From the NCBI GenBank assembly GCA_043825735.1, contig JBDRRP010000040.1:1-64000 (forward strand): 64,000 nucleotides of DNA, read 5' to 3'. Each line of letters opens with the position of its first letter. The stretch's first letter is position 1. Both the position numbers and the translations under genes were made by a program. This stretch comes from Pseudomonadota bacterium. GTDB taxonomy: Bacteria; Desulfobacterota; Desulfobacteria; Desulfobacterales; JBDRRP01. This document shows, piece after piece, positions 43,069-55,602 of this stretch. The notes beneath the pieces are model-generated. The model had not been told where the DNA came from. It ran no database searches and worked only from the letters and a program-made list of their open reading frames with translations.

Positions 43069-43364
43069 AAGGCAACCAAGTGCTCAATCATGCTGGGCCG
43101 GGTAGACCTGCCGGTAATGACTGCAACAAATACATTGCCCCCAAAGGTTCATTTTCCGCAGCCACATCGAAGCAACCGGACCACCACCGAGAAGTCGAAT
43201 ATAGACCCCTTGCCTGTGGGAAACATTATAAGAGGTAAAGCCTATCATAAAGCCACTTTTTAGCTAATATTGCATCCAAGGCCATCCACTCCTTATCTTT
43301 CTGCTCAAAGCTTGTATCGCAACGCGCGTTGCAGTGGCGGCAACACATATATCGAGGTAGCGCT

Positions 43365-44438
43365 ATGAGATGGTCATACAAAATTGGTAGATACGCCGGC
43401 ATCGACGTATTCATGCATTTCACATTTGTGTTGCTGGTCGGGTGGGTCGGCCTGGTCCACTGGCGGCAGGGGCAGAGCATCTCCGCCGTATTGGCAGGGG
43501 TGGGGTTCATCCTGACTGTTTTTCTCTGTGTGGTCCTTCACGAGTTCGGCCATGCGCTCATGGCAAGGCGTTATGGAATCAAAACGCGCGACATCATATT
43601 ATTGCCCATCGGCGGTGTCGCGCGACTCGAGAGGCTGCCCACCAACCCGATCCAAGAGTTGTGGGTGGCCCTCGCCGGTCCGGCCGTCAACGTGGTGATC
43701 GTTATCGGGCTGTTCGTCTGGCTTAAGATGACCGCGTCCTTCGAGCCCCTGCAGGACCTCACCGTCACCACCGGGCCGTTTCTGGAACGGATCATGGCCG
43801 TGAACATCTTTATGGTCGTCTTCAACATGATTCCTGCATTCCCCATGGACGGCGGTCGCGTCCTGCGCGCCATCCTGGCCACCCGCCAGGAGTACGGACG
43901 CGCCACCCAAACAGCGGCAACCATCGGACAGGGCATGGCGGTTCTCTTTGGGCTTTTTGGCGTGTTTTATAACCCCTTCCTGCTGTTTATTGCCCTCTTT
44001 GTGTGGATCGGTGCGGCTCAGGAGGCGGGTATGACCCAAATGAAGGCGGCTATCGGCGGCATACCGGTTCAGCAGGCCATGATCAGCGATTTCCGATCCC
44101 TTGAAGCCAACGACAGTTTAAACCGGGCTGTGGAATTGACCCTTACCGGCTCACAAAAAGACTTTCCCGTTACGTATAACGGTCGGCTCGAAGGCGTTCT
44201 CACCCAGACCGACCTGATCAAGGCACTTTCCAACGGCGGCAGCCGTGCAACCGTGGCATCGGTGCTGAGAAAGGATTTTGTCGCCGTGGATTACTACGAC
44301 ATGCTCGACGCGGCTTTCGAAAAGCTCAACACATGCGAGTGCCACACCCTTCCGGTAACGCACAACGGTGAACTGGTGGGCCTGGTAACCATGGATAATC
44401 TTGGAGAGTACATGAGAATCCAAGCCGCGCTGAACTGA
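43365..44438 (+). CDS. Site-2 protease (M50) with tandem CBS domains
   Basis: HEFGH, AGPAVN, FNMIPAFPMDGGR; C-terminal CBS pair. Confidence 0.93.
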   Translation: MRWSYKIGRYAGIDVFMHFTFVLLVGWVGLVHWRQGQSISAVLAGVGFILTVFLCVVLHEFGHALMARRYGIKTRDIILLPIGGVARLERLPTNPIQELWVALAGPAVNVVIVIGLFVWLKMTASFEPLQDLTVTTGPFLERIMAVNIFMVVFNMIPAFPMDGGRVLRAILATRQEYGRATQTAATIGQGMAVLFGLFGVFYNPFLLFIALFVWIGAAQEAGMTQMKAAIGGIPVQQAMISDFRSLEANDSLNRAVELTLTGSQKDFPVTYNGRLEGVLTQTDLIKALSNGGSRATVASVLRKDFVAVDYYDMLDAAFEKLNTCECHTLPVTHNGELVGLVTMDNLGEYMRIQAALN

Positions 44439-44455
44439 CCCGGTCAGCCCCTAAA

Positions 44456-44594
44456 ATTGACAGCCCGGCAAAAAGTGCCTCGGCCGTCATGCCTGACTCG
44501 ATAAGGTACCCATAAGTATCCAAAATTAAAGGATCAACACCATCACGGGGATGAAATAAAACAGGCGATTTATACTTTTTACGGATCCATCAAT
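44456..44594. repeat. MITE-like element (same terminal IR family as 25890-26083)
   Basis: attgacagcccggcaaaaagt ... actttttacggatccatcaat, with internal cgtcatgcc. Confidence 0.7.
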
Positions 44595-44680
44595 TTTCAA
44601 CGTTCAATATTAACGGATACTTTACCGCTCGATGAGAAGCGGGGCGTTCCCTCAAACTGAGGAGGTGGTTTTAAACTCTT

Positions 44681-46294
44681 TTAGGCATTAACGCTTTTAT
44701 TAGGTGCAACATTCAGTTGGCAGTAATCCATGTCCTTGCAGACATGATCGCTGAAACCGACGCCGGCTTCTTCATAGAGGCTGTAGACCGCATCGATGCC
44801 TTCGGCTTTGATGATGTCGATTTGATCCTCATGGCGGACCGATACGGCGATCCGTCCCCGGTAGCCGCTTTGACGCATCTGGCGAATGGCGAAAAGACTG
44901 GAATTTGGATCCGGCAGGGCTAACATGACCAGGTTGATGCGGCTGGTGGACGGTTTGAAGCGTTGCCAGAAATCGCTGTCACCGGCATCCCCGTACACCA
45001 CATTTCTCCCTTCTGCCTGGTGGTATTCCACCGTCTCGGCGCAAAAATCGACACCGATGACCGCATTGGCGTATCGTTTGGTCATTTCGTCGTAAGCACT
45101 GCTGCCCACGCCGCCGAGGCCGATAATGGACACCGATGCATCTCCGGTGTCGATGGGCTCGTCACCGGGAAGCCGGGTGGCCGTTTCAACAGGTTTTAGG
45201 CGATCGGAAAGCCTTGCATAAATGGTGTGCGCCTTGGCGTTTAGGGGGGCAGCCATGAGAAACGTCATCGAAAGCGCGATGGCGATGATGACCAGCCACT
45301 CCGCGCTCATCCAGCCCATGGCAACCCCGATGGCGCCTACGATAAGGCCGAACTCGCTGTAATTGGATAGACTGAGGGCCGCCAGCAGGGCGGTCCGAGC
45401 CCGAAGCTTGAAGCGCGTCAACAGCAGGAAAAACAACACCGACTTAAAGGGCATCACTAGTGCCAGTCCGAGGGCGGCCGCCAGGCCCGCGACGGTCAGG
45501 GCGCCAGATATGCCGATATTCAGAAAAAATCCCACTAGAAAGAGGTCCTTAAAGCTCAGCAGGCGGTCGGCCAGTTCCGAGGCTTTGGGGTGTGCGGCCA
45601 GTAGCCAGCCGAATACAAGGGCGCCCAAATCGCCCTTCAGGCCAACCAACTCGAAACTGCTGTATCCCCCCGCCGTCATCAATATTCCGAAAAGCATTAA
45701 CAATTCACCGTGGCCGCACTGGACCATGAGTCGGTTGAGCAGTGGCCTCACTGCCAGAAGGGCCACCGCCAGGCCAAAGGCCCACGGTGATGGGATCGTG
45801 CCTGCGGATGCCGTCAGGAAGGAGACCGCGATGATGTCCTGCATGATCAGGATACCGATGGCGGTATCAGCGTGGCGGGATGAAAGCTCCTTTTTTTCCT
45901 CAAATACCTTTACGGCGAATACCGTACTGGAAAAGCTCAGCGCGAAGGCGATCAGCGCCGCGGTCTGCCACTGTGAAAATTGGAAACGGGCGGCACCAAG
46001 AGCGCCGACAACGGTCAGACCGCCAAAGAAAAGGGCCACGGTGATCAGCAGGTGGACCGTTGCGCCGCCCCAAACCTCCGGCCGGACGAGGGTCTTGAAT
46101 TTCAGCTTGAGCCCGATGGTGAAAAGCAGCAGGGTGACGCCGGCATCGGATATTTTAGCCAGGACGTCACCGCCGGCGACGCCGAAACTGTTGAGTACGA
46201 AGCCGGCCGCCAGGTAGCCGACAAGCGGGGGCAGGCCGATTCGCGTCGATACAGCTCCGAATGCAAAAGCAGCCACAATCCAGAGGGGATCCAT
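44681..46294 (-). CDS. CPA2 cation:proton antiporter with KTN/TrkA-N domain (Kef-like)
   Basis: LLFTIGL, SFSST, ILIMQD, FFLNIG, SEFG, GLGGVG. Confidence 0.9.
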   Translation of the reverse strand: MDPLWIVAAFAFGAVSTRIGLPPLVGYLAAGFVLNSFGVAGGDVLAKISDAGVTLLLFTIGLKLKFKTLVRPEVWGGATVHLLITVALFFGGLTVVGALGAARFQFSQWQTAALIAFALSFSSTVFAVKVFEEKKELSSRHADTAIGILIMQDIIAVSFLTASAGTIPSPWAFGLAVALLAVRPLLNRLMVQCGHGELLMLFGILMTAGGYSSFELVGLKGDLGALVFGWLLAAHPKASELADRLLSFKDLFLVGFFLNIGISGALTVAGLAAALGLALVMPFKSVLFFLLLTRFKLRARTALLAALSLSNYSEFGLIVGAIGVAMGWMSAEWLVIIAIALSMTFLMAAPLNAKAHTIYARLSDRLKPVETATRLPGDEPIDTGDASVSIIGLGGVGSSAYDEMTKRYANAVIGVDFCAETVEYHQAEGRNVVYGDAGDSDFWQRFKPSTSRINLVMLALPDPNSSLFAIRQMRQSGYRGRIAVSVRHEDQIDIIKAEGIDAVYSLYEEAGVGFSDHVCKDMDYCQLNVAPNKSVNA

Positions 46295-46439
46295 TGGGTG
46301 ACCCGCCCTTCAGTTGGGTGATATGCTCGTTGATGGCAGCCCGCACGCGGTTGATGATGCCGGGTAGGGTTGCTGAAAGGCATATGGCACAAGGCTTCGA
46401 GTCAAATAAATCATTGTCAAGGGCTGGGCCAGGTTAAGC

Positions 46440-46631
46440 TCAAAAGCGATAGCCGACACTCGCAAAGACGTAATTGAACCAGCTGAAATTGTAGGTGTCG
46501 TCGGTGTCCACCCCGCCTTCCAGCGTCCGGTAACCGCCCCCTACACTCCAATTATCGGTCAGGTCGTAGCGCACCTTCAAGGCCAGGTCCAATGCCCGTC
46601 CTGGGCCGCCTGCAAGTCCTTCAAAGTCCAC
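46440..46631 (-). pseudogene. C-terminal fragment of an outer-membrane beta-barrel protein
   Basis: Amphipathic strands ending ASVGYRF (beta-signal); no signal peptide or N-terminal part. Confidence 0.55.
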
Positions 46632-46634
46632 CTC

Positions 46635-48050
<1,416 letters not shown>

Positions 48051-48051
48051 G

Positions 48052-49320
48052 TTAGATCTCCATCATGATCCGTTCGGGGTTTTCGACAAATTCCTTGACC
48101 CGCTTCAGGAAGGTGACCGCGCCCTTGCCGTCCACGACGCGGTGATCGTAGCTCAAGGCCACATACATCATGGGACGGATGACGATCTGGTCATCGACCA
48201 CCACCGGACGTTTTTCGATCTTGTGCATGCCGAGGATGGCGCTTTGGGGCGGATTCAGGATGGGGGTGCTCAGCAGCGAGCCGTAGACCCCGCCGTTGCT
48301 GATGGTGAAGGTGCCCCCTTCAAGGTCCGCCAGGCTCAAACGGTTGGTATTGATCTTCTCGACATACACCACGATGGCCTTTTCGATGTCGGCAAAGGTC
48401 ATGTCCTGGGCGTTTCGGATCACCGGCACCACAAGGCCTTTTTCGTTGCCGATGGCGATGCCGATGTGCTGGCCGTGGTTGTAGATGATGTCGTCGCCGT
48501 CGATAAAAGCGTTGATCTCGGGGATTTCCCGGAGCGCGGCCACGCAGGCCGCGGTAAAAAAGCTCATGAAGCCCAGGGAGATCCCGAACTTCTTCTTGAA
48601 GGCATCCTTGTAGCGGCTCCGGATATCCATGGCGCGGCCCATGTCGATTTCGTTGAAAGTGGTGAGCATGGCCGTGCCTTGCTTGGCCTCAAGAAGGCGG
48701 GCGGCGATGCGCCGGCGGATGGGGCTCATGGGTTTTCGTGTGGTGGCCGGCGGCGCCGGGGCGGTTTCCGCAATCGACGGCGCTGCCGGGGCGCTCTCGG
48801 CGGGGGTTTGTTCCAGATGCAGCAGGACGTCGCCCTTGGTGATGCGTCCGCCAGGCCCGGTGCCGGTGATGGCGGCCGCATCCAGGCGGTGCTCGGCCAC
48901 CAGTCGCCGCACGGCCGGTGAGAGGGCGATGTCGGTCTTTTCCGGGGCGGCGGTTGCAGCGGCGGGCGGTATGGGCGCTGCCGCCGTTATGGGCGGTGCA
49001 GTCTTCTCGGGCGGTGGCGTCGGTGCGGCGGGGGCGATTTTGTCGGGCTCGGGCGAGGGCGCGGTAGGCGCCGTGGTTTGCGCCCCGGCGGTGTCGATGG
49101 TGCCCACCACAGCGCCGATGGCCACTGTCTCGCCCTCGGCGACGAGGACTTTCAAAACGCCGTCCGCCTCGGCGGCCACCTCGAGCGTGACTTTATCGGT
49201 CTCCAGAACGAAAAGTACGTCGTCCTTGGCCACGCGCGCGCCGTCCTTTTTGAACCATTCGGCCAGAATGGCTTCCGTGATGGATTCCCCGACGCTGGGT
49301 ACTTTGATGTCGATGATCAT
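48052..49320 (-). CDS. sucB: 2-oxoglutarate dehydrogenase E2
   Basis: ETDKV lipoyl site, AMLTTFNE, LSYDHRVVDG. Confidence 0.97.
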   Translation of the reverse strand: MIIDIKVPSVGESITEAILAEWFKKDGARVAKDDVLFVLETDKVTLEVAAEADGVLKVLVAEGETVAIGAVVGTIDTAGAQTTAPTAPSPEPDKIAPAAPTPPPEKTAPPITAAAPIPPAAATAAPEKTDIALSPAVRRLVAEHRLDAAAITGTGPGGRITKGDVLLHLEQTPAESAPAAPSIAETAPAPPATTRKPMSPIRRRIAARLLEAKQGTAMLTTFNEIDMGRAMDIRSRYKDAFKKKFGISLGFMSFFTAACVAALREIPEINAFIDGDDIIYNHGQHIGIAIGNEKGLVVPVIRNAQDMTFADIEKAIVVYVEKINTNRLSLADLEGGTFTISNGGVYGSLLSTPILNPPQSAILGMHKIEKRPVVVDDQIVIRPMMYVALSYDHRVVDGKGAVTFLKRVKEFVENPERIMMEI

Positions 49321-49338
49321 GAGGTAGCTCCTAAAACA

Positions 49339-52068
49339 CTATTTGGTGACATGGGCGTCCGGTGACTGGGGGCCGACCGCCGTATCGGTGATGGCGGCCT
49401 GGTCTCGTTTGTAAATGGCCGGAAATCCGGTGGCCGGGCTGGCCGCCGGGGGGCGGCCGATATAGGTCAGCGGTTTTCCGATCAGCGTTTCCAGGTGTGG
49501 GCGCACGAAACTCCAGCCGCCCATGTTCCGGGGCTCTTCCTGCACCCACAGCCAGTGCTTCGCCCTGGCGTATTTCTTCACCAGCGGTTTGAGGCGGTTT
49601 TCAGGGAAGGGGAAGAATTGCTCCAGGCGAATGATGCGCGTGCGGGGTTTACCGAGTTCAACCTGCCGTTGAGAAAGCTCGTAGTAGATCTTGCCGCTGC
49701 ACAAAAGCACCGTATCGACGGCGGCGCCCTTGCCGGCATCGTCGATCACTTCCTGGAATCCGCCGGCGCTCAGATCGGCGAGCGTCGATACGGCCCGGGG
49801 ATGCCGAAGCAGGCTCTTGGGGGTCATGACCACCAGCGGCTTTCGGGCCTGTCGGTGGATCTGGCGACGCAGCAGGTGAAAATACTGCGCCGGCGTCGTG
49901 GGATAGCAGACCTGAATGTTGTCTTCGGCGCACAGCTGTAAAAACCGCTCCAGGCGGGCGCTGGAGTGCTCGGGCCCCATCCCCTCCCATCCGTGCGGCA
50001 GCAGCATGACCAGGCCGCAGAGCCGCTGCCATTTCGACTCTCCGGCGGTGATGAACAGATCGATGACCGTCTGGGCGTTGTTGACGAAGTCGCCGAACTG
50101 GGCCTCCCACAGGGTGAGCACATCGGGGCGCGTGACGGCGTAACCGTACTCGAAACCGAGAACGCTCACTTCGGCCAGCAGGCTGTTATGCACCCGGTAG
50201 GCTGCGGCGCCGTCCGGCAGGGTGTTGAGCGGTACATGCGTGGCGCCGGTATCCGTATCAAAAAGGACGCTGTGCCGCTGGCTGAAGGTCCCTCGGCCCA
50301 CATCCTGGCCGCTGAGGCGGATGGGAGTGCCTTCGGTGAGCAGGCTGGCAAAGGCCAGTGCTTCGGCGTTGGCCCAATCAATATCGACGCCCTGGGAGAC
50401 CGCTGACATGCGCCGTTTGAGCAGTGCGGCCAGCTTCCGGTTGAGGGCGAACCCGTCGGGTACGCGATTGAGCGCCTCGGCCATGGCCGTGAGACGGGCG
50501 GCGTCCACTCCGGTGTCGACCGGGGTGTCGTCAATGTTTCCATGCAGTCCGTTCCACTCTTCGAAATAACGCGATTCGGGAAACGTGCAGACGCTGTCGT
50601 GAACCTCGGCGTAGGCTTTCTCCAGGGTTTCGTTGACGCTGTTCTCCATGGCCGACACCGGTTCCGGTGGCAGTGCGTCTTCGGCTGCAAGCCGGTCGGC
50701 ATAGAGCCGGTAAGCCGGCGGGCGTTCCTGGATCTGACGGTACATGAGCGGCTGGGTGAAATAGGGCTCGTCGCCTTCGTTGTGACCGTAGCGCCGGTAG
50801 CAGATGATATCGACCACCACATCCTTGTGGTAGCGGGCCCGGTAGTCCGCGGCAAGCCGTGCTACATGGATCAGGGATTCGGGGTTCTCCCCGTGGACGT
50901 GGAACACCGGCGCCATGATCATTTTGGCGACATCCGTGGCATATCGGGTGCTCCGGGCGTCTTCGGGCAACGTGGTGTAGCCGATCTGGTTGTTGATGAC
51001 CACGTGCACGGTGCCGCCGGTGCGGTAGCCGGCGAGCTGCGACATGTTGAAGACTTCGGCCACAACGCCCTGGCCGGCGAAGGCCGCGTCGCCATGGAGC
51101 AGCACCGGGGTGACCTGCCCCTCGGCGCCGTCTTTCATGAGTTCCTGACGGGCCCTGGCAATGCCTTCAACCACCGGGTCAACGGCTTCCAGGTGGCTCG
51201 GGTTGTTAACCAGGAGCATTCTGACGGGGCGACCCTCCGGGGTCGTGAAATCGGCCAGATAGCCGTTATGGTACTTCACGTCACCGGCGCCCACCAGCTG
51301 GGAGGGGTCGTAGCAGTGCTCGAATTCGCTGAAAATGTCCTCGTAGGGGCGCTTGAGGATGTGAGCCTGCACGTTGAGCCGTCCCCGGTGGGCCATGCCG
51401 AGAATGACTTCACGCGTGCCGGCGGCGCTCAACTGCCGGACCAGCATATCGAGAAATGGGATCAGCCCCTCTGCGCCTTCAATGGAAAACCGGGTGACGC
51501 CGACGTATTTTTTATTGAGAAACTGCTCGAACAGGGTGGCTGTCACGAGCTGCTCCAGGATGCGGCCACGATCCGCCGCGCTCACCGGCGGTTGATTTCT
51601 CACCGGCTCCATCTGGTCCTGCAGCCACTGACGTTCGGCCGGATCCTGCAGGTGCATGTACTCCACACCGATGGACCGGCAATAGGTCTCCCGCAGGGCG
51701 CCGACGATGTCTCGAAGGATTGCGGTGCCGTCGCGGCCAAATCTTCGGGTGTAGAAAGGGCGGTCCAGATCCTCGGGCGCGAGGGAGAACGCGGTCAGCT
51801 CCAGCAGCGGATGGCTGACAGGGCAGGCGGACAGCGGATCCATGCAGGCCAGCAGATGACCCAGGTCTCGGTATCGGTATTTGAGGGCTTCCACGCGGGC
51901 TTGAGCCAGCCCTGCGGGAGCGTCTCCGTCGACGGGCGTTTGCTGAAGGCCGATTTCGAAGCCTTGGAAGAAATGGTGCCAGTCCGATGGCACGGATTCG
52001 GGATTTTTCTTCCACAACGCGTATTGCGATTCGATGTAACGGGCGTTCAGTGTCTCGGGCATGCTCAT
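49339..52068 (-). CDS. sucA: 2-oxoglutarate dehydrogenase E1
   Basis: GMAHRGRLN, GDVKYH, HGDAAFAGQG, WEAQFGDF, GPEHSSARLERFLQ. Confidence 0.97.
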   Translation of the reverse strand: MSMPETLNARYIESQYALWKKNPESVPSDWHHFFQGFEIGLQQTPVDGDAPAGLAQARVEALKYRYRDLGHLLACMDPLSACPVSHPLLELTAFSLAPEDLDRPFYTRRFGRDGTAILRDIVGALRETYCRSIGVEYMHLQDPAERQWLQDQMEPVRNQPPVSAADRGRILEQLVTATLFEQFLNKKYVGVTRFSIEGAEGLIPFLDMLVRQLSAAGTREVILGMAHRGRLNVQAHILKRPYEDIFSEFEHCYDPSQLVGAGDVKYHNGYLADFTTPEGRPVRMLLVNNPSHLEAVDPVVEGIARARQELMKDGAEGQVTPVLLHGDAAFAGQGVVAEVFNMSQLAGYRTGGTVHVVINNQIGYTTLPEDARSTRYATDVAKMIMAPVFHVHGENPESLIHVARLAADYRARYHKDVVVDIICYRRYGHNEGDEPYFTQPLMYRQIQERPPAYRLYADRLAAEDALPPEPVSAMENSVNETLEKAYAEVHDSVCTFPESRYFEEWNGLHGNIDDTPVDTGVDAARLTAMAEALNRVPDGFALNRKLAALLKRRMSAVSQGVDIDWANAEALAFASLLTEGTPIRLSGQDVGRGTFSQRHSVLFDTDTGATHVPLNTLPDGAAAYRVHNSLLAEVSVLGFEYGYAVTRPDVLTLWEAQFGDFVNNAQTVIDLFITAGESKWQRLCGLVMLLPHGWEGMGPEHSSARLERFLQLCAEDNIQVCYPTTPAQYFHLLRRQIHRQARKPLVVMTPKSLLRHPRAVSTLADLSAGGFQEVIDDAGKGAAVDTVLLCSGKIYYELSQRQVELGKPRTRIIRLEQFFPFPENRLKPLVKKYARAKHWLWVQEEPRNMGGWSFVRPHLETLIGKPLTYIGRPPAASPATGFPAIYKRDQAAITDTAVGPQSPDAHVTK

Positions 52069-52790
52069 ATTGGAGAGTCCTTGAGATTGGCAGTGCCGGC
52101 GCCGCAGCACAACACCGGCGCAAAAGTCTTCTGCCGGCCATGGCAGATGGCACCAGGGCCATGATAAGGCCTATTGAGGGTTCCGCAACCGTTTGTCATT
52201 AAGTCATAGTTCACTTTCGGGGTCAACTCCGAAAGCGGCACCGGGAACGGGCGTTTTCTTATTAATCTTAATCTGTTACTTGAAATGCGCGCATTCGAGC
52301 GCTACAACTGTGCTCCGGCGGAATGATCCAGGGGCGCCGGGGTTTCCGACAAAATTTTCAGACCACCCATGGACATGGCCACCAAGAGTGTTTACCTATT
52401 AGACAATTCCACTCCAATTCACCCTGCACGACTTTTACGAAGTCTTCTCAGCGATAGCGCCTTTGCCACCTGCAAATGGTTGCTTCTACGACATGTTGAG
52501 CGGGAAATCCCCGCTGGTCATCACCAATGGGAAGACGGGCCCACGAACGGGTCACGCACCGCGGTTAAGGCCCATTCGCTTCTTGGCCCCATTGCCGGCA
52601 TGGTTTCCAACGGTGATTGACGGCGGTGCCGGGTGGCAGCCGGCCAGAGGCCGTCCCGGCGCCGCCGTCGCGACCGGCTCCCGGCATCACCGGGCCGCGG
52701 GGTCCGGCACGTGCCGGGTTCGGAAAATGGCGCGTCGCAGGCGGCGCATTATCCACCCGGAACAAGAAAGGCACTATCAAAGGAGGCGCT

Positions 52791-53492
52791 ATGGTAGGAC
52801 CCAATCGATCATTGATGCGCATCATTGAAGATCAATGCCGCGCCTGGCAGATGGGAAAACAGCAGGCAGCGCCGCCGGTTGCGGGCCCACAGGTCATTAC
52901 TGTTTCCAGGGAGCCCGGCAGCGGCGGAAAACTGGTGGCGGCCGGCATTGCCAAATCCCTGGGCTATGACTTGTTCCACCGGGAAGTGCTCCACGAGATG
53001 GCCAAAAGCGCCGATATGAACCGCTGCATTATGGAAACCCTCGACGAAAAGGGGTTGAGCGTCCTTGACGAATGGATCGCCTCTCTGGTGGATGCGCGGC
53101 ATCTGTGGCCCGATCGCTACCTCCAGCACCTCATGCGGGTCGTCGGGGCCATCGGAAAGCATGGGCGCGCTGTGTTGGTGGGGCGCGGCGCCAATTTCAT
53201 TCTGCCACCGGAAATGCGGTTTCGTGTTCGCGTCATCGCGCCGCGGGAGGATCGCATCAAGAATGTTTCCCGCGAGTTCAGTGTTTCCGAAGAGACCGCC
53301 CGGCGTCGGGTGCTCAAAACCGAATCCGAGCGAAAGGCCTTCATCCGCAAATACTTCCATGCCGACATTTCCGACCCGGTCAACTACGATCTGGTGATCA
53401 ACACGGAGGCTTTGGGCCTCGATGCGGCCGTCAGTGCCGTGATCGCGGCTATTGCCGTTTCTCGGGAACAAGGGTCCAGCATCGCGGCCTGA
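52791..53492 (+). CDS. Cytidylate kinase-like family protein
   Basis: ITVSREPGSGG, VGRGANFIL, YDLVINT; AGGAGG RBS. Confidence 0.88.
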   Translation: MVGPNRSLMRIIEDQCRAWQMGKQQAAPPVAGPQVITVSREPGSGGKLVAAGIAKSLGYDLFHREVLHEMAKSADMNRCIMETLDEKGLSVLDEWIASLVDARHLWPDRYLQHLMRVVGAIGKHGRAVLVGRGANFILPPEMRFRVRVIAPREDRIKNVSREFSVSEETARRRVLKTESERKAFIRKYFHADISDPVNYDLVINTEALGLDAAVSAVIAAIAVSREQGSSIAA

Positions 53493-53536
53493 TGTGCGGT
53501 CCTGCCCGCGACCATGCATTCACGTTAGGAGATCCC

Positions 53537-53959
53537 ATGAACCCACGACGGATTTTGTTGCCGGTGGACGGCTCGGACCATTCCACCAAAGCGGTAGATA
53601 CTGCCATCGAGATGGCAGAGCTGATGTCAGGGGACATCATCCTGGTGCATTGCCGAAAATCGCTTCCCCTTTATCTGGGGGAACCGTACTTTCAGGCCGT
53701 TCACGATCAGGTGGTGAGTCATGCCGACGAGATGATGGTGCCATATCGCCGTCAGTTGGAAGTCAGCGGCATCACCTTTTCCGAACGCATTCTGGAGGGG
53801 CGCCCCTCGGAAGTGATCTGCCGGGTCGCCGAATTGGAAAAATGCGATCTGATCGTCATGGGCTCACGCGGCCGGACCGATCTCCAGGGGCTGCTCCTGG
53901 GCAGTGTCACCCATCGGGTGCTTCACTCGGCGCCTTGTCCGGTCGTGGTGGTGCCGTGA
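53537..53959 (+). CDS. Universal stress protein
   Basis: ILLPVDGS, DLIVMGSRG...LLGSVTHRVL...PCPVVVV. Confidence 0.93.
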   Translation: MNPRRILLPVDGSDHSTKAVDTAIEMAELMSGDIILVHCRKSLPLYLGEPYFQAVHDQVVSHADEMMVPYRRQLEVSGITFSERILEGRPSEVICRVAELEKCDLIVMGSRGRTDLQGLLLGSVTHRVLHSAPCPVVVVP

Positions 53960-54116
53960 CCCGCCGACGGTACGCGCCGCCCGTGGTCTTCCGCAGCGCC
54001 CCTTCCGGGCAGCGTCTGATCCCCTCTGTTTTGTTGCGGTCTTCGCGCGCGTGATCGCAGTCGGTAGTTGAATCGCATCCATCCAAGACAGCCCATCGAA
54101 ACAAGCACGCCTTAGA

Positions 54117-54230
54117 TAGTGTCCATCCATGGGAAGTCTCTCCCTCAATGGGAGAGGGCCGGGGTGAGGGTGACAACCCACCGATAACAAGGGATAATCT
54201 CATCCCCACCCGCCAGGGGAGGGGGGGGAT
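54117..54230. repeat. Intergenic palindromes (TAGTGYCCATCCAT end + CTCTCCC/GGGAGAGGG hairpin)
   Basis: tagtgtccatccatg matches the reverse of 13921-13935 and 59972-59986; ctctccctcaatgggagagggccggggtgaggg. Confidence 0.55.
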
Positions 54231-54357
54231 GGATGGGCGCTGGTTGATACCGCCGTGTCAGGCTATTGAATTGCCGGCTCCGGTGCCGTACAATCTTATG
54301 CATCTGGGCGGCGTAACCGTCAGACATTTCTGAACGATCCCGGGGCAGAGGGGACCG

Positions 54358-55602
54358 ATGGCAACCAGAAAACTTACATTTGCCAACGCCGACGGTGTGA
54401 TGTTGTCGGCACGGCTGGATATGCCTGCTGACGGGCGCCCGGATCTGTATGCCTTGTTTGCCCATTGTTTTACCTGCGGCAAGGATTTAAAAGCGGCGCA
54501 CTACATCAGCAAGTCCCTCAACCAGCGGCGGATTGCCGTCTTTCGGTTCGATTTCACCGGTCTTGGCGAGAGTGCCGGCGATTTTTCCGAAACCACGTTT
54601 TCCTCGAACGTGGCGGACCTGCTGTCGGCGGCCCGGTTCATGGAGGCCTCCCTCGAGGGGCCGCGGCTGCTCATCGGCCATTCACTCGGCGGGGCCGCGG
54701 TGCTTCAGGCCGCCTCGGGCATTCCCACCAGCCGGGCGGTGGTCACCATCGGCGCTCCTGCCGACCCGGCCCACGTCATGCATCACCTGGCGTCATCACT
54801 GCCCCAGATCCGCGAGCAAGGCCAGGCCCGTGTAGAATTGGCCGGACGCCCTTTTACCATCAAAAAAGCCTTCGTGGATGATGTGTCGGCGACCCGTATG
54901 GACGATGTGGTCCGTCGACTCGGACGAGCCCTGATGGTCATGCACGCGCCCGGTGACGATGTGGTGGGCATTGACAATGCCGCCCGGCTTTTTACAGTAG
55001 CCCGGCATCCCAAAAGTTTTGTCTCTCTGGATACCGCCGACCATCTGCTCGGCGACCGTGAAGACGCGCAGTACGCCGGCGGGGTCATCGCCGCCTGGGC
55101 GGCCCGCTACGTGGGTGCACCCCTCCGGCCCCATATTGACGATCCCGCGGACAACCGGATCGTGGCCCGCACGGCCGCAGATGGTTTTTACACGGAAATC
55201 ATGGCCGGGCGGCACGTTCTGGCTGCGGACGAACCGGTATCGGTGGGGGGCACCGATCGCGGGCCCACCCCCTACGACCTGTTGGCGGCAAGCCTGGGGG
55301 CCTGTACGGCCATGACTTTGCAGATGTACGCGGATCGGAAAAAATGGCCCCTGGCGGAAGCGGTGGTGCGTTTGCGGCATGAAAAGATCCACGCCGAAGA
55401 CTGCCGCAATTGTTCGGAAAACCGCACCGCCGTGGATCGCATATCCCGGGAACTCGAACTCGTGGGACCACTGGACGGCGAGCAGCGCCGGCGTCTGGCG
55501 GAGATCGCCGACCGGTGCCCGGTGCACCGGACCCTTCAAGGCGAAATCGTGGTGGATACGCGACTGGCGGAAACGGAACCGGACAAGGAGCGAGATGAAT
55601 GA
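54358..55602 (+). CDS. Bifunctional alpha/beta hydrolase-OsmC protein
   Basis: FAHCFTCGK, GHSLGG, ADEP...GPTPYDLL...GAC, CPVHRTL. Confidence 0.92.
   Translation: MATRKLTFANADGVMLSARLDMPADGRPDLYALFAHCFTCGKDLKAAHYISKSLNQRRIAVFRFDFTGLGESAGDFSETTFSSNVADLLSAARFMEASLEGPRLLIGHSLGGAAVLQAASGIPTSRAVVTIGAPADPAHVMHHLASSLPQIREQGQARVELAGRPFTIKKAFVDDVSATRMDDVVRRLGRALMVMHAPGDDVVGIDNAARLFTVARHPKSFVSLDTADHLLGDREDAQYAGGVIAAWAARYVGAPLRPHIDDPADNRIVARTAADGFYTEIMAGRHVLAADEPVSVGGTDRGPTPYDLLAASLGACTAMTLQMYADRKKWPLAEAVVRLRHEKIHAEDCRNCSENRTAVDRISRELELVGPLDGEQRRRLAEIADRCPVHRTLQGEIVVDTRLAETEPDKERDE

Noticed and set aside
50542..52164. Long antisense ORFs (e.g. 540 aa opposite sucA, 395 aa opposite the kinase, 365 aa opposite the ATPase, 373 aa opposite ino1)
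   Set aside because: These are shadow ORFs expected from high-GC codon bias opposite well-supported genes; they carry no motifs.
52070..52790. Riboswitch or ncRNA in the 720-bp sucA divergent intergenic region
   Set aside because: There are GC-rich hairpins but no motif I can recognise; an Rfam scan would be needed.
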